Shown piece by piece: positions 33,796 to 43,759 of a stretch of DNA of 43,759 nucleotides (positions within the stretch are counted from its first letter, which is position 1; each line of letters opens with the position of its first letter). This DNA is from Naegleria gruberi (lineage: Eukaryota). The notes under the pieces were generated by a model that saw only the letters and a program-made list of their open reading frames with translations, was not told the DNA's origin and did not search any database. The position numbers and the translations under genes are program-made. Location: assembly GCA_000004985.1 (NCBI GenBank), contig GG738949.1; one strand, given 5' to 3'.

Positions 33796-34435
33796 ATGCG
33801 AATAAGACCATCTCACTTTCGTCGTTTATTCCCAGACGAATGTTCTATTCGAATGGTCGCTTTTTTTCTTCTCCTAATCATTAGCATTATCCTTTGCATT
33901 GCTTGCCTTATCGGAACGATTATTACCTATTCCCTCTATCAAGGAGAGGATCCAAAATATTGGACACTTGACCGTGATCCATTTACGATGGTTTTTGCAC
34001 ATACAAATTCATGTTATGTGAAAGACGTTGTATGTTCTAGGAGATATTGTGATATATATGGAATTTCCACTTCTTACTAGTATTGTCTTTTGGAATTATT
34101 CGTCATTGGCTAGAGTTTCACCTGGTGTAGTTTATGATATTTCGAATAGTTTTGATTATTCCAAAATATCTCCAAATATTACACTAGAAAAGAATATATT
34201 GTATGGAACAGCAAGAACTTCGGATCAATTTACAAGTATGCTTGGAAAAACTATTACATGTTTTACAGATTATTCTGAAAAGGTATACATTAGTCCAATA
34301 ATTCCAGCCAGTAATGTAAATTATGAATTAGGAAATGCTGGGCTAGCTACTGCAATTTGTAGTGGAATATTCTTTTTGACTTCATTAGGAATGGTGTTTA
34401 TTTACTTTTTTTGTGGTTGGCTTTATAAAACCTAG
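33796..34435 (+). CDS. Small membrane protein with N-terminal and C-terminal TM segments, probably one gene split by a +1 frameshift in 34022-34077
   Basis: ORF 33796-34080 contains the TM segment VAFFLLLIISIILCIACLIGTIITY. ORF 34022-34435 in the +1 frame ends with the TM segment ICSGIFFLTSLGMVFIYFFCGWL. The two overlap by 59 nt. No GT...AG combination in the overlap restores the frame. Confidence 0.4.
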
Positions 34436-34552
34436 TTTCATAATTTTCAATTCGGTACCAAGAGCTTGGGATAGACAAGCTTATCGAATCATCTCAGAAA
34501 TACGAGAAGTTCCAAAAAGAGATAATTCGACAGAATAATACCAAGTAGTATT

Positions 34553-36370
34553 TTATTTCTTCTTTGGTATTTCACCATTAGATGAGGAAGTTCTCTTTCT
34601 CTTCTTTTCATAGGTTGAGTTATTCGTTTCAGTAGTGCTTAGTTTTGATTCATTTTTTTCTGGATTGGAATAAGCATCACGTATGGAAGGAAAGAAATAT
34701 GATCTATAATCTTGTGTATCGACTATATCTGTAATTCCAAGTAATGCCAAGCATTCTCTTGTGGTAGGTCTTTCCTTTCTTTCTATGGCCACCATTTGTT
34801 TAAGCATGTCAAATAGCATACTACCCTTATTGGGCTCTAGCTCGTGGCATTTGATTGAAATTGTTTGCCATATTTCATCAGCAGTATTTTCCAACCGTTT
34901 CTTATCTATATCATTTTCTAATATCAATTCAATAAAAACTAAACCAAGAGAGTAGATATCAGTTTTTGGATGAATAAAGTTTTTCCCTGTGGATTCCTTT
35001 TCAGGAGCATTGTAAGAAGAGGTTCCAGCAGTTGACTGTATCCACAAGTTTGCTAATTTGCAAGTATCACCATCTTCAATGTCAAAACGCTTGGCTAGTT
35101 CAAAATCAATGAATTTACAAAAACAGTTTGGGCCTTTTTTTTCGTGGGCATCTGTTTCCTTAATAACTAATGATTTTAAATGATCCTCCTCTAATATTAT
35201 AATATTACTAGGTTTAATGTCATTGTGAATTATCTTTCTTGAGTGAATGTGGTCAATTTCAAGCAGCAGTTGAGAAATAATGTGCAATTTTTCTTGATGT
35301 GATCGTTTGTTAAAAGTATTGAGCTCATCTCCTGCAATTGATATCTCGATATGTTCTTTACAAACCACATCATTCACAGTAACTCTGTCATGAAGAAGAA
35401 ATATATTTCCAATATCAAACCTTTCTGGTTTTTCTGAATGGAAAATCTTTACAAACACTGGTTGAGAGGAATGATCAAGCACACCATAGAACATGTCTTT
35501 GGTAGCAGTACCTCTTCCTTGACCAGTACTTATCTCGACAAGATACTCCTCAAGAGTGACAGTTGTTGTAAGCACTGTGTCTAATGATGTTGTGAGATGA
35601 ACCACCAACTTATCACCTTGTGAAATATCATATCCACTGACAATAGAACTTTCCATTCTCTTTCTTCCCATAGACGCTTTGGTAATTGTGTCGATAAGAA
35701 TGTTCTCTTCAAAAATAGCTTTTCTGCTTGCCTCTAGTAAGAATGAAATAAATGTGTCAAGTAATTGTTTCTCCTCTGTCGTTGAAGGGTCAAGTGGAAA
35801 CATCCCAACATTAAATAATTGATATTTGTATCTTTTCTTGATACGTGAAGTTTGTGGAACAAAAGCTTTAATTCCCAGCACACGAACAAACCTCTTCTCT
35901 GTCAGTAATCCATAGGTCACCAGTTTATCGATTTGGATTGCATGTTTTTCAGAGGGCTTTATGTTTTTGAGTAAAGTGCCATGAACCATTCTTATTAGAG
36001 CCACTACCTTCAAGAAATCAGGGTGAGCAGTCTCGAAGTCTACCTTGTCCTCATGCCCAAACTTTAGACGAACGTCTTTCTCATTCTTTAATTCTAATAC
36101 AGAAAAGTTATCAAGTGAAATAGTGCCCTGCAGTAAGTTTGCCACTTCCTTGCTGAGATATCTCGAGTTTTTTATCAAATTGCTGATAGAAACATTTCTT
36201 ATTTGTTCTGAGCTCAATAATGTTTGGTTAAAAAACTTACTCATTAATTTTGAAGCCGTAGAGAGTAGGTAGTTGTAATAGCTTGTGGTATTTAGTGTTA
36301 TTGGTATCCTCTCCCAAAGAATGCGTTTTGGTTGGATGTAAGCAATCGGATAAAAGTTGAAAAGCTGCAC
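34553..36370 (-). CDS. Protein kinase (non-RD, divergent motifs), at least 605 aa. The true 5' end probably extends upstream.
   Basis: Glycine loop STGQGRGTATKD, beta-3 Lys VFVKIF, catalytic loop HNDIKPSN (HRD to HND), DFE in place of DFG, APE motif SSYNAPE. The track start at 36370 is GTG preceded by TGA; the first in-frame ATG is 42 codons in. ORF 36237-36574 in another frame is open up to the gap and overlaps by 134 nt. Confidence 0.75.
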   Translation of the reverse strand: MQLFNFYPIAYIQPKRILWERIPITLNTTSYYNYLLSTASKLMSKFFNQTLLSSEQIRNVSISNLIKNSRYLSKEVANLLQGTISLDNFSVLELKNEKDVRLKFGHEDKVDFETAHPDFLKVVALIRMVHGTLLKNIKPSEKHAIQIDKLVTYGLLTEKRFVRVLGIKAFVPQTSRIKKRYKYQLFNVGMFPLDPSTTEEKQLLDTFISFLLEASRKAIFEENILIDTITKASMGRKRMESSIVSGYDISQGDKLVVHLTTSLDTVLTTTVTLEEYLVEISTGQGRGTATKDMFYGVLDHSSQPVFVKIFHSEKPERFDIGNIFLLHDRVTVNDVVCKEHIEISIAGDELNTFNKRSHQEKLHIISQLLLEIDHIHSRKIIHNDIKPSNIIILEEDHLKSLVIKETDAHEKKGPNCFCKFIDFELAKRFDIEDGDTCKLANLWIQSTAGTSSYNAPEKESTGKNFIHPKTDIYSLGLVFIELILENDIDKKRLENTADEIWQTISIKCHELEPNKGSMLFDMLKQMVAIERKERPTTRECLALLGITDIVDTQDYRSYFFPSIRDAYSNPEKNESKLSTTETNNSTYEKKRKRTSSSNGEIPKKK

Positions 36371-36574
36371 TCAAATCTATCAAGTTGAAAACATCTACCA
36401 CTTGTGCAAATTTTTCAATGACCAAACGATAATGTGTGGAAATGGCTTCTTTGTCCTTTTTGAGATTGTCAATGAGGCAGAACAATTGTTCTATTAAATT
36501 TCGAAAGTCGCTTATCACAGATACTTTTTGTATTGCAGCATGGAGGTTGTGATCCAAATGATGAGTATCTGAAA
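36237..36574 (-). CDS. Open reading frame (112 codons, no start) running from the gap into the kinase gene's 5' end in a different frame. It is likely an upstream part of the kinase gene separated by a 1-nt frameshift.
   Basis: Reads ...SDTHHLDHNLHAAIQKVSVISDFRNLIEQLFCLIDNLKKDKEAISTHYRLVIEKFAQVVDVFNLIDLSAAFQLLSDCLHP... Shifting frame inside 36237-36370 gives continuous ...LIDLSAAFQLFNFYPIAYIQPKR... Homopolymer runs (tttt at ~36336, aaaa at ~36351 and ~36359) lie inside the overlap. Confidence 0.35.
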
Positions 36575-39500
36575 NNNNNNNNNNNNNNNNNNNNNNNNNN
36601 NNNNNNNNNNNNNNNNNNNNNNNNNNNNNNNNNNNNNNNNNNNNNNNNNNNNNNNNNNNNNNNNNNNNNNNNNNNNNNNNNNNNNNNNNNNNNNNNNNNN
36701 NNNNNNNNNNNNNNNNNNNNNNNNNNNNNNNNNNNNNNNNNNNNNNNNNNNNNNNNNNNNNNNNNNNNNNNNNNNNNNNNNNNNNNNNNNNNNNNNNNNN
36801 NNNNNNNNNNNNNNNNNNNNNNNNNNNNNNNNNNNNNNNNNNNNNNNNNNNNNNNNNNNNNNNNNNNNNNNNNNNNNNNNNNNNNNNNNNNNNNNNNNNN
36901 NNNNNNNNNNNNNNNNNNNNNNNNNNNNNNNNNNNNNNNNNNNNNNNNNNNNNNNNNNNNNNNNNNNNNNNNNNNNNNNNNNNNNNNNNNNNNNNNNNNN
37001 NNNNNNNNNNNNNNNNNNNNNNNNNNNNNNNNNNNNNNNNNNNNNNNNNNNNNNNNNNNNNNNNNNNNNNNNNNNNNNNNNNNNNNNNNNNNNNNNNNNN
37101 NNNNNNNNNNNNNNNNNNNNNNNNNNNNNNNNNNNNNNNNNNNNNNNNNNNNNNNNNNNNNNNNNNNNNNNNNNNNNNNNNNNNNNNNNNNNNNNNNNNN
37201 NNNNNNNNNNNNNNNNNNNNNNNNNNNNNNNNNNNNNNNNNNNNNNNNNNNNNNNNNNNNNNNNNNNNNNNNNNNNNNNNNNNNNNNNNNNNNNNNNNNN
37301 NNNNNNNNNNNNNNNNNNNNNNNNNNNNNNNNNNNNNNNNNNNNNNNNNNNNNNNNNNNNNNNNNNNNNNNNNNNNNNNNNNNNNNNNNNNNNNNNNNNN
37401 NNNNNNNNNNNNNNNNNNNNNNNNNNNNNNNNNNNNNNNNNNNNNNNNNNNNNNNNNNNNNNNNNNNNNNNNNNNNNNNNNNNNNNNNNNNNNNNNNNNN
37501 NNNNNNNNNNNNNNNNNNNNNNNNNNNNNNNNNNNNNNNNNNNNNNNNNNNNNNNNNNNNNNNNNNNNNNNNNNNNNNNNNNNNNNNNNNNNNNNNNNNN
37601 NNNNNNNNNNNNNNNNNNNNNNNNNNNNNNNNNNNNNNNNNNNNNNNNNNNNNNNNNNNNNNNNNNNNNNNNNNNNNNNNNNNNNNNNNNNNNNNNNNNN
37701 NNNNNNNNNNNNNNNNNNNNNNNNNNNNNNNNNNNNNNNNNNNNNNNNNNNNNNNNNNNNNNNNNNNNNNNNNNNNNNNNNNNNNNNNNNNNNNNNNNNN
37801 NNNNNNNNNNNNNNNNNNNNNNNNNNNNNNNNNNNNNNNNNNNNNNNNNNNNNNNNNNNNNNNNNNNNNNNNNNNNNNNNNNNNNNNNNNNNNNNNNNNN
37901 NNNNNNNNNNNNNNNNNNNNNNNNNNNNNNNNNNNNNNNNNNNNNNNNNNNNNNNNNNNNNNNNNNNNNNNNNNNNNNNNNNNNNNNNNNNNNNNNNNNN
38001 NNNNNNNNNNNNNNNNNNNNNNNNNNNNNNNNNNNNNNNNNNNNNNNNNNNNNNNNNNNNNNNNNNNNNNNNNNNNNNNNNNNNNNNNNNNNNNNNNNNN
38101 NNNNNNNNNNNNNNNNNNNNNNNNNNNNNNNNNNNNNNNNNNNNNNNNNNNNNNNNNNNNNNNNNNNNNNNNNNNNNNNNNNNNNNNNNNNNNNNNNNNN
38201 NNNNNNNNNNNNNNNNNNNNNNNNNNNNNNNNNNNNNNNNNNNNNNNNNNNNNNNNNNNNNNNNNNNNNNNNNNNNNNNNNNNNNNNNNNNNNNNNNNNN
38301 NNNNNNNNNNNNNNNNNNNNNNNNNNNNNNNNNNNNNNNNNNNNNNNNNNNNNNNNNNNNNNNNNNNNNNNNNNNNNNNNNNNNNNNNNNNNNNNNNNNN
38401 NNNNNNNNNNNNNNNNNNNNNNNNNNNNNNNNNNNNNNNNNNNNNNNNNNNNNNNNNNNNNNNNNNNNNNNNNNNNNNNNNNNNNNNNNNNNNNNNNNNN
38501 NNNNNNNNNNNNNNNNNNNNNNNNNNNNNNNNNNNNNNNNNNNNNNNNNNNNNNNNNNNNNNNNNNNNNNNNNNNNNNNNNNNNNNNNNNNNNNNNNNNN
38601 NNNNNNNNNNNNNNNNNNNNNNNNNNNNNNNNNNNNNNNNNNNNNNNNNNNNNNNNNNNNNNNNNNNNNNNNNNNNNNNNNNNNNNNNNNNNNNNNNNNN
38701 NNNNNNNNNNNNNNNNNNNNNNNNNNNNNNNNNNNNNNNNNNNNNNNNNNNNNNNNNNNNNNNNNNNNNNNNNNNNNNNNNNNNNNNNNNNNNNNNNNNN
38801 NNNNNNNNNNNNNNNNNNNNNNNNNNNNNNNNNNNNNNNNNNNNNNNNNNNNNNNNNNNNNNNNNNNNNNNNNNNNNNNNNNNNNNNNNNNNNNNNNNNN
38901 NNNNNNNNNNNNNNNNNNNNNNNNNNNNNNNNNNNNNNNNNNNNNNNNNNNNNNNNNNNNNNNNNNNNNNNNNNNNNNNNNNNNNNNNNNNNNNNNNNNN
39001 NNNNNNNNNNNNNNNNNNNNNNNNNNNNNNNNNNNNNNNNNNNNNNNNNNNNNNNNNNNNNNNNNNNNNNNNNNNNNNNNNNNNNNNNNNNNNNNNNNNN
39101 NNNNNNNNNNNNNNNNNNNNNNNNNNNNNNNNNNNNNNNNNNNNNNNNNNNNNNNNNNNNNNNNNNNNNNNNNNNNNNNNNNNNNNNNNNNNNNNNNNNN
39201 NNNNNNNNNNNNNNNNNNNNNNNNNNNNNNNNNNNNNNNNNNNNNNNNNNNNNNNNNNNNNNNNNNNNNNNNNNNNNNNNNNNNNNNNNNNNNNNNNNNN
39301 NNNNNNNNNNNNNNNNNNNNNNNNNNNNNNNNNNNNNNNNNNNNNNNNNNNNNNNNNNNNNNNNNNNNNNNNNNNNNNNNNNNNNNNNNNNNNNNNNNNN
39401 NNNNNNNNNNNNNNNNNNNNNNNNNNNNNNNNNNNNNNNNNNNNNNNNNNNNNNNNNNNNNNNNNNNNNNNNNNNNNNNNNNNNNNNNNNNNNNNNNNNN

Positions 39501-42319
39501 NNNNNNNNNNNNNNNNNNNNNNNNNNNNNNNNNNNNNNNNNNNNNNNNNNNNNNNNNNNNNNNNNNNNNNNNNNNNNNNNNNNNNNNNNNNNNNNNNNNN
39601 NNNNNNNNNNNNNNNNNNNNNNNNNNNNNNNNNNNNNNNNNNNNNNNNNNNNNNNNNNNNNNNNNNNNNNNNNNNNNNNNNNNNNNNNNNNNNNNNNNNN
39701 NNNNNNNNNNNNNNNNNNNNNNNNNNNNNNNNNNNNNNNNNNNNNNNNNNNNNNNNNNNNNNNNNNNNNNNNNNNNNNNNNNNNNNNNNNNNNNNNNNNN
39801 NNNNNNNNNNNNNNNNNNNNNNNNNNNNNNNNNNNNNNNNNNNNNNNNNNNNNNNNNNNNNNNNNNNNNNNNNNNNNNNNNNNNNNNNNNNNNNNNNNNN
39901 NNNNNNNNNNNNNNNNNNNNNNNNNNNNNNNNNNNNNNNNNNNNNNNNNNNNNNNNNNNNNNNNNNNNNNNNNNNNNNNNNNNNNNNNNNNNNNNNNNNN
40001 NNNNNNNNNNNNNNNNNNNNNNNNNNNNNNNNNNNNNNNNNNNNNNNNNNNNNNNNNNNNNNNNNNNNNNNNNNNNNNNNNNNNNNNNNNNNNNNNNNNN
40101 NNNNNNNNNNNNNNNNNNNNNNNNNNNNNNNNNNNNNNNNNNNNNNNNNNNNNNNNNNNNNNNNNNNNNNNNNNNNNNNNNNNNNNNNNNNNNNNNNNNN
40201 NNNNNNNNNNNNNNNNNNNNNNNNNNNNNNNNNNNNNNNNNNNNNNNNNNNNNNNNNNNNNNNNNNNNNNNNNNNNNNNNNNNNNNNNNNNNNNNNNNNN
40301 NNNNNNNNNNNNNNNNNNNNNNNNNNNNNNNNNNNNNNNNNNNNNNNNNNNNNNNNNNNNNNNNNNNNNNNNNNNNNNNNNNNNNNNNNNNNNNNNNNNN
40401 NNNNNNNNNNNNNNNNNNNNNNNNNNNNNNNNNNNNNNNNNNNNNNNNNNNNNNNNNNNNNNNNNNNNNNNNNNNNNNNNNNNNNNNNNNNNNNNNNNNN
40501 NNNNNNNNNNNNNNNNNNNNNNNNNNNNNNNNNNNNNNNNNNNNNNNNNNNNNNNNNNNNNNNNNNNNNNNNNNNNNNNNNNNNNNNNNNNNNNNNNNNN
40601 NNNNNNNNNNNNNNNNNNNNNNNNNNNNNNNNNNNNNNNNNNNNNNNNNNNNNNNNNNNNNNNNNNNNNNNNNNNNNNNNNNNNNNNNNNNNNNNNNNNN
40701 NNNNNNNNNNNNNNNNNNNNNNNNNNNNNNNNNNNNNNNNNNNNNNNNNNNNNNNNNNNNNNNNNNNNNNNNNNNNNNNNNNNNNNNNNNNNNNNNNNNN
40801 NNNNNNNNNNNNNNNNNNNNNNNNNNNNNNNNNNNNNNNNNNNNNNNNNNNNNNNNNNNNNNNNNNNNNNNNNNNNNNNNNNNNNNNNNNNNNNNNNNNN
40901 NNNNNNNNNNNNNNNNNNNNNNNNNNNNNNNNNNNNNNNNNNNNNNNNNNNNNNNNNNNNNNNNNNNNNNNNNNNNNNNNNNNNNNNNNNNNNNNNNNNN
41001 NNNNNNNNNNNNNNNNNNNNNNNNNNNNNNNNNNNNNNNNNNNNNNNNNNNNNNNNNNNNNNNNNNNNNNNNNNNNNNNNNNNNNNNNNNNNNNNNNNNN
41101 NNNNNNNNNNNNNNNNNNNNNNNNNNNNNNNNNNNNNNNNNNNNNNNNNNNNNNNNNNNNNNNNNNNNNNNNNNNNNNNNNNNNNNNNNNNNNNNNNNNN
41201 NNNNNNNNNNNNNNNNNNNNNNNNNNNNNNNNNNNNNNNNNNNNNNNNNNNNNNNNNNNNNNNNNNNNNNNNNNNNNNNNNNNNNNNNNNNNNNNNNNNN
41301 NNNNNNNNNNNNNNNNNNNNNNNNNNNNNNNNNNNNNNNNNNNNNNNNNNNNNNNNNNNNNNNNNNNNNNNNNNNNNNNNNNNNNNNNNNNNNNNNNNNN
41401 NNNNNNNNNNNNNNNNNNNNNNNNNNNNNNNNNNNNNNNNNNNNNNNNNNNNNNNNNNNNNNNNNNNNNNNNNNNNNNNNNNNNNNNNNNNNNNNNNNNN
41501 NNNNNNNNNNNNNNNNNNNNNNNNNNNNNNNNNNNNNNNNNNNNNNNNNNNNNNNNNNNNNNNNNNNNNNNNNNNNNNNNNNNNNNNNNNNNNNNNNNNN
41601 NNNNNNNNNNNNNNNNNNNNNNNNNNNNNNNNNNNNNNNNNNNNNNNNNNNNNNNNNNNNNNNNNNNNNNNNNNNNNNNNNNNNNNNNNNNNNNNNNNNN
41701 NNNNNNNNNNNNNNNNNNNNNNNNNNNNNNNNNNNNNNNNNNNNNNNNNNNNNNNNNNNNNNNNNNNNNNNNNNNNNNNNNNNNNNNNNNNNNNNNNNNN
41801 NNNNNNNNNNNNNNNNNNNNNNNNNNNNNNNNNNNNNNNNNNNNNNNNNNNNNNNNNNNNNNNNNNNNNNNNNNNNNNNNNNNNNNNNNNNNNNNNNNNN
41901 NNNNNNNNNNNNNNNNNNNNNNNNNNNNNNNNNNNNNNNNNNNNNNNNNNNNNNNNNNNNNNNNNNNNNNNNNNNNNNNNNNNNNNNNNNNNNNNNNNNN
42001 NNNNNNNNNNNNNNNNNNNNNNNNNNNNNNNNNNNNNNNNNNNNNNNNNNNNNNNNNNNNNNNNNNNNNNNNNNNNNNNNNNNNNNNNNNNNNNNNNNNN
42101 NNNNNNNNNNNNNNNNNNNNNNNNNNNNNNNNNNNNNNNNNNNNNNNNNNNNNNNNNNNNNNNNNNNNNNNNNNNNNNNNNNNNNNNNNNNNNNNNNNNN
42201 NNNNNNNNNNNNNNNNNNNNNNNNNNNNNNNNNNNNNNNNNNNNNNNNNNNNNNNNNNNNNNNNNNNNNNNNNNNNNNNNNNNNNNNNNNNNNNNNNNNN
42301 NNNNNNNNNNNNNNNNNNN
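36575..42319. other. Assembly gap (5,745 N)
   Basis: Run of N. Confidence 0.99.
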
Positions 42320-42936
42320 TATTGGCAGGTATCTGTTTGGAAGAGGTGTCATACTATTTTTTTTGTTGAGATTCGTTTTGTTATGCACTTCACCACTTGG
42401 ACTGTTAAGTCCATTCTCATTGGTCTCTTAGATTGAGTTATGGTTTGAATTTCTCATTTTTTGACATGAAGGACTAAACAGTGCTACAAAAAATTATGCT
42501 TTTTCTTTTAAAATGGAAATGATGGACAGTAATATCAACTATTTCATGAATGTGCTCTCATTTCCGTGTGCCGTTGTGGAGAAGACATTTTTTCATTTTT
42601 TGGTTGCAATCATTTCTTTGCAGAGTTGCGAAGCATAGGTACGCACCTGGGTGAAAAGGTTTGGGCAATTTTTTTGGATTTGAAAACTGTAAATAAATAA
42701 TGGCGCGGTGTTGTTAAAAAGAGGAATACTTACCATTAACCATTGTTTAAGAACTTACGAAACAAAATGTGAAATTATGAATATTTAACTAGGGCAAGTG
42801 CTTAACAATATTGTTTTCACTGCCATTTATACAATTTGTCAAGGTCTATTTTACTATTAGATCACAAATCAAGAATCATCGGAAGATTGCAAGAAGAGGA
42901 CTTTTAAGAGTTGGTAGTTGCTTGATAGAACACAAG

Positions 42937-43291
42937 TACTGTAATTCCCCAGCCGTAAGACTTACGCTCGGGTAAACAACAGAATAACCAAACACAAAAA
43001 AAAGTGTCGAAACCCTACCACTTGCGGACTACTAAATCAAATATTAGAAACCAATAAAAAAGATAATTTCTCCAAAGTGTTGTGTTTAATCTTGTTTATT
43101 AAAATATAATGTTGTTTTGAACTGGTTCGATATTTTGTTTCAGTGGTGCGCAGTTGAACAAAAACCATTTCAAAAACTATAATATTGGAACACAAACAAG
43201 CGACATGCCACTTGTTGTTGTTTCTTTTTTTTTAATTAAATTTAGAAAGTCTTATAGGATGAATGAGTCTTACGGCTGGGGTTTTACAGTA
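42937..43291. mobile_element. MITE-like non-autonomous element (~355 bp) bounded by 26-bp terminal inverted repeats
   Basis: Left arm 42937-42962 is tactgtaattccccagccgtaagact. The reverse complement of right arm 43266-43291 is tactgtaaaaccccagccgtaagact, 24 of 26 identical including a perfect 16-bp core CCCCAGCCGTAAGACT. The interior is AT-rich and non-coding, and the track ORF 43154-43402 is spurious. No obvious target-site duplication. Confidence 0.5.
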
Positions 43292-43411
43292 ATGACCTGC
43301 AAGCTTCCAGAAATTCAAAAGCAGTTAAAAACGACGTACAGAAAAATGAAACATCACCAACAGTCATTAATCAAGGAATCAATAACAACAATGGCGAATT
43401 AGTTTTCAATA

Positions 43412-43755
43412 ATGGACGAAACAGACACTTTACTGCCAATAATTACAAAGTTCTCTATGAAGAATTGATGAACAACCCAAAAGGAAGAGAAATCTTTCAG
43501 AAATATCTGAAAACTGAAGCATGCAGTGAAGAGCCAATTCTTTTCCTTAATGAAATGGATGAATTACGAGTCTAATATAACAAGATTAACAATTCTAATG
43601 AAATTTCATTGAAGAAATATTTGGAGAAATTGTTTCGTATGGTTGAGAAATTCATCAGAGAGAAGAGTAATACTGAATTAAATCTTCAAGAAGCTCAACA
43701 GGAAAAAGTATTGAGGAAAATTGATGAAGAAATTGAACCACAATTTCAAGAATAG
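43412..43755 (+). pseudogene. Disrupted paralog of the RGS gene at 27289-27897. It has an in-frame TAA at 43573-43575 and a 1-nt frameshift after the start codon.
   Basis: The RGS frame reads ...RHFTANNYKVLYEELMNNPKGREIFQKYLKTEACSEEPILFLNEMDELRV*YNKINNSNEISLKKYLEKLFRMVEKFIREKSNTELNLQEAQQ..., parallel to TTFNPDNYCLVYEEVMTCQETRNIFKEFLKENMAEEPLLYLDECEKYKVEY...ELNLSS in the intact gene. The only ATG (43412) is in the +1 frame (MDETDTLLPI...). Stop TAG at 43753-43755. Confidence 0.5.
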
Positions 43756-43759
43756 TGAT

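Noticed and set aside
34018-34081. An intron joining ORFs 33796-34080 and 34022-34435
   Set aside because: I tried donors at 34018 and 34030 (GTATGT) with acceptors at 34039/40, 34042/43 and 34079/80. None gives a phase-compatible junction into the downstream frame, so a 1-nt frameshift is the better explanation.
27274-36370. ORF-track start codons at 5464, 25488, 27274, 31768, 32180, 34028, 36370, 36557 and 24711
   Set aside because: I checked the codons and they are TTG or GTG (the track uses a bacterial start set). In this eukaryotic sequence only ATG was accepted; true starts were moved or the ORF was treated as 5'-partial or an internal exon.
43570-43584. A 15-nt GT...AG micro-intron (gtctaatataacaag) that would splice out the in-frame TAA in the RGS paralog, as in ciliates with tiny introns
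   Set aside because: The one demonstrable intron here is 163 nt with GTAGGT. The paralog also has an independent frameshift at its start and no in-frame ATG. The aligned intact gene has Glu where the TAA is (GAA to TAA), so a nonsense mutation or sequencing error is simpler.
1-43759. Prokaryotic feature classes: CRISPR arrays, operons with Shine-Dalgarno sites, rho-independent terminators, rRNA/tRNA genes
   Set aside because: No direct-repeat/spacer arrays, no rRNA-like conserved stretches and no tRNA T-arm/D-arm patterns were seen. The proteins and signals are eukaryotic, so bacterial regulatory calls would be meaningless here.

Overview
This is a eukaryotic nuclear scaffold, not prokaryotic. 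About 55% of the window (24,011 of 43,759 nt) is seven runs of N, i.e. assembly gaps: 3652-5443, 9229-9278, 10736-24116, 25384-25455, 26410-26459, 28546-31466 and 36575-42319. The resolved sequence is AT-rich (roughly 65-70% AT) and gene-dense, with mostly intronless genes. One GT...AG intron of about 160 nt can be demonstrated. Start codons have A-rich contexts ('aaaaaaaATG'). Proteins carry Asn/Gln low-complexity tracts. This style is consistent with a social-amoeba-like (Dictyostelid) or similar AT-rich protist genome, but the taxon cannot be proven from sequence alone. Supported content: an RCC1-like gene fragment; an intact piggyBac-family transposase gene (590 aa, catalytic DDD intact, extra N-terminal C2H2 finger and an internal N/Q tract); an NHL-repeat/EGF/mucin/TM surface protein; an EEP-family nuclease/phosphatase; a START-like protein; an RGS-domain protein and a disrupted RGS paralog; an RNI-type LRR protein; an EF-hand protein; a non-RD protein kinase; and a receptor-like TKL kinase with a secreted N-terminus, one intron, a gap, and a kinase C-terminus. 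There is a ~0.4-0.5 kb segmental duplication (~98% identity, copies 2,046 bp apart) that copies the convergent 3' ends of the START and kinase genes. A ~355-bp MITE-like element with 26-bp terminal inverted repeats lies upstream of the RGS pseudogene. Several adjacent ORF pairs look like single genes broken by 1-nt frameshifts, which may be sequencing errors or real pseudogenisation. The very long ORFs in the supplied track that run through N blocks are artefacts. Many 'M' starts in the track are TTG or GTG codons and are not credible eukaryotic starts.
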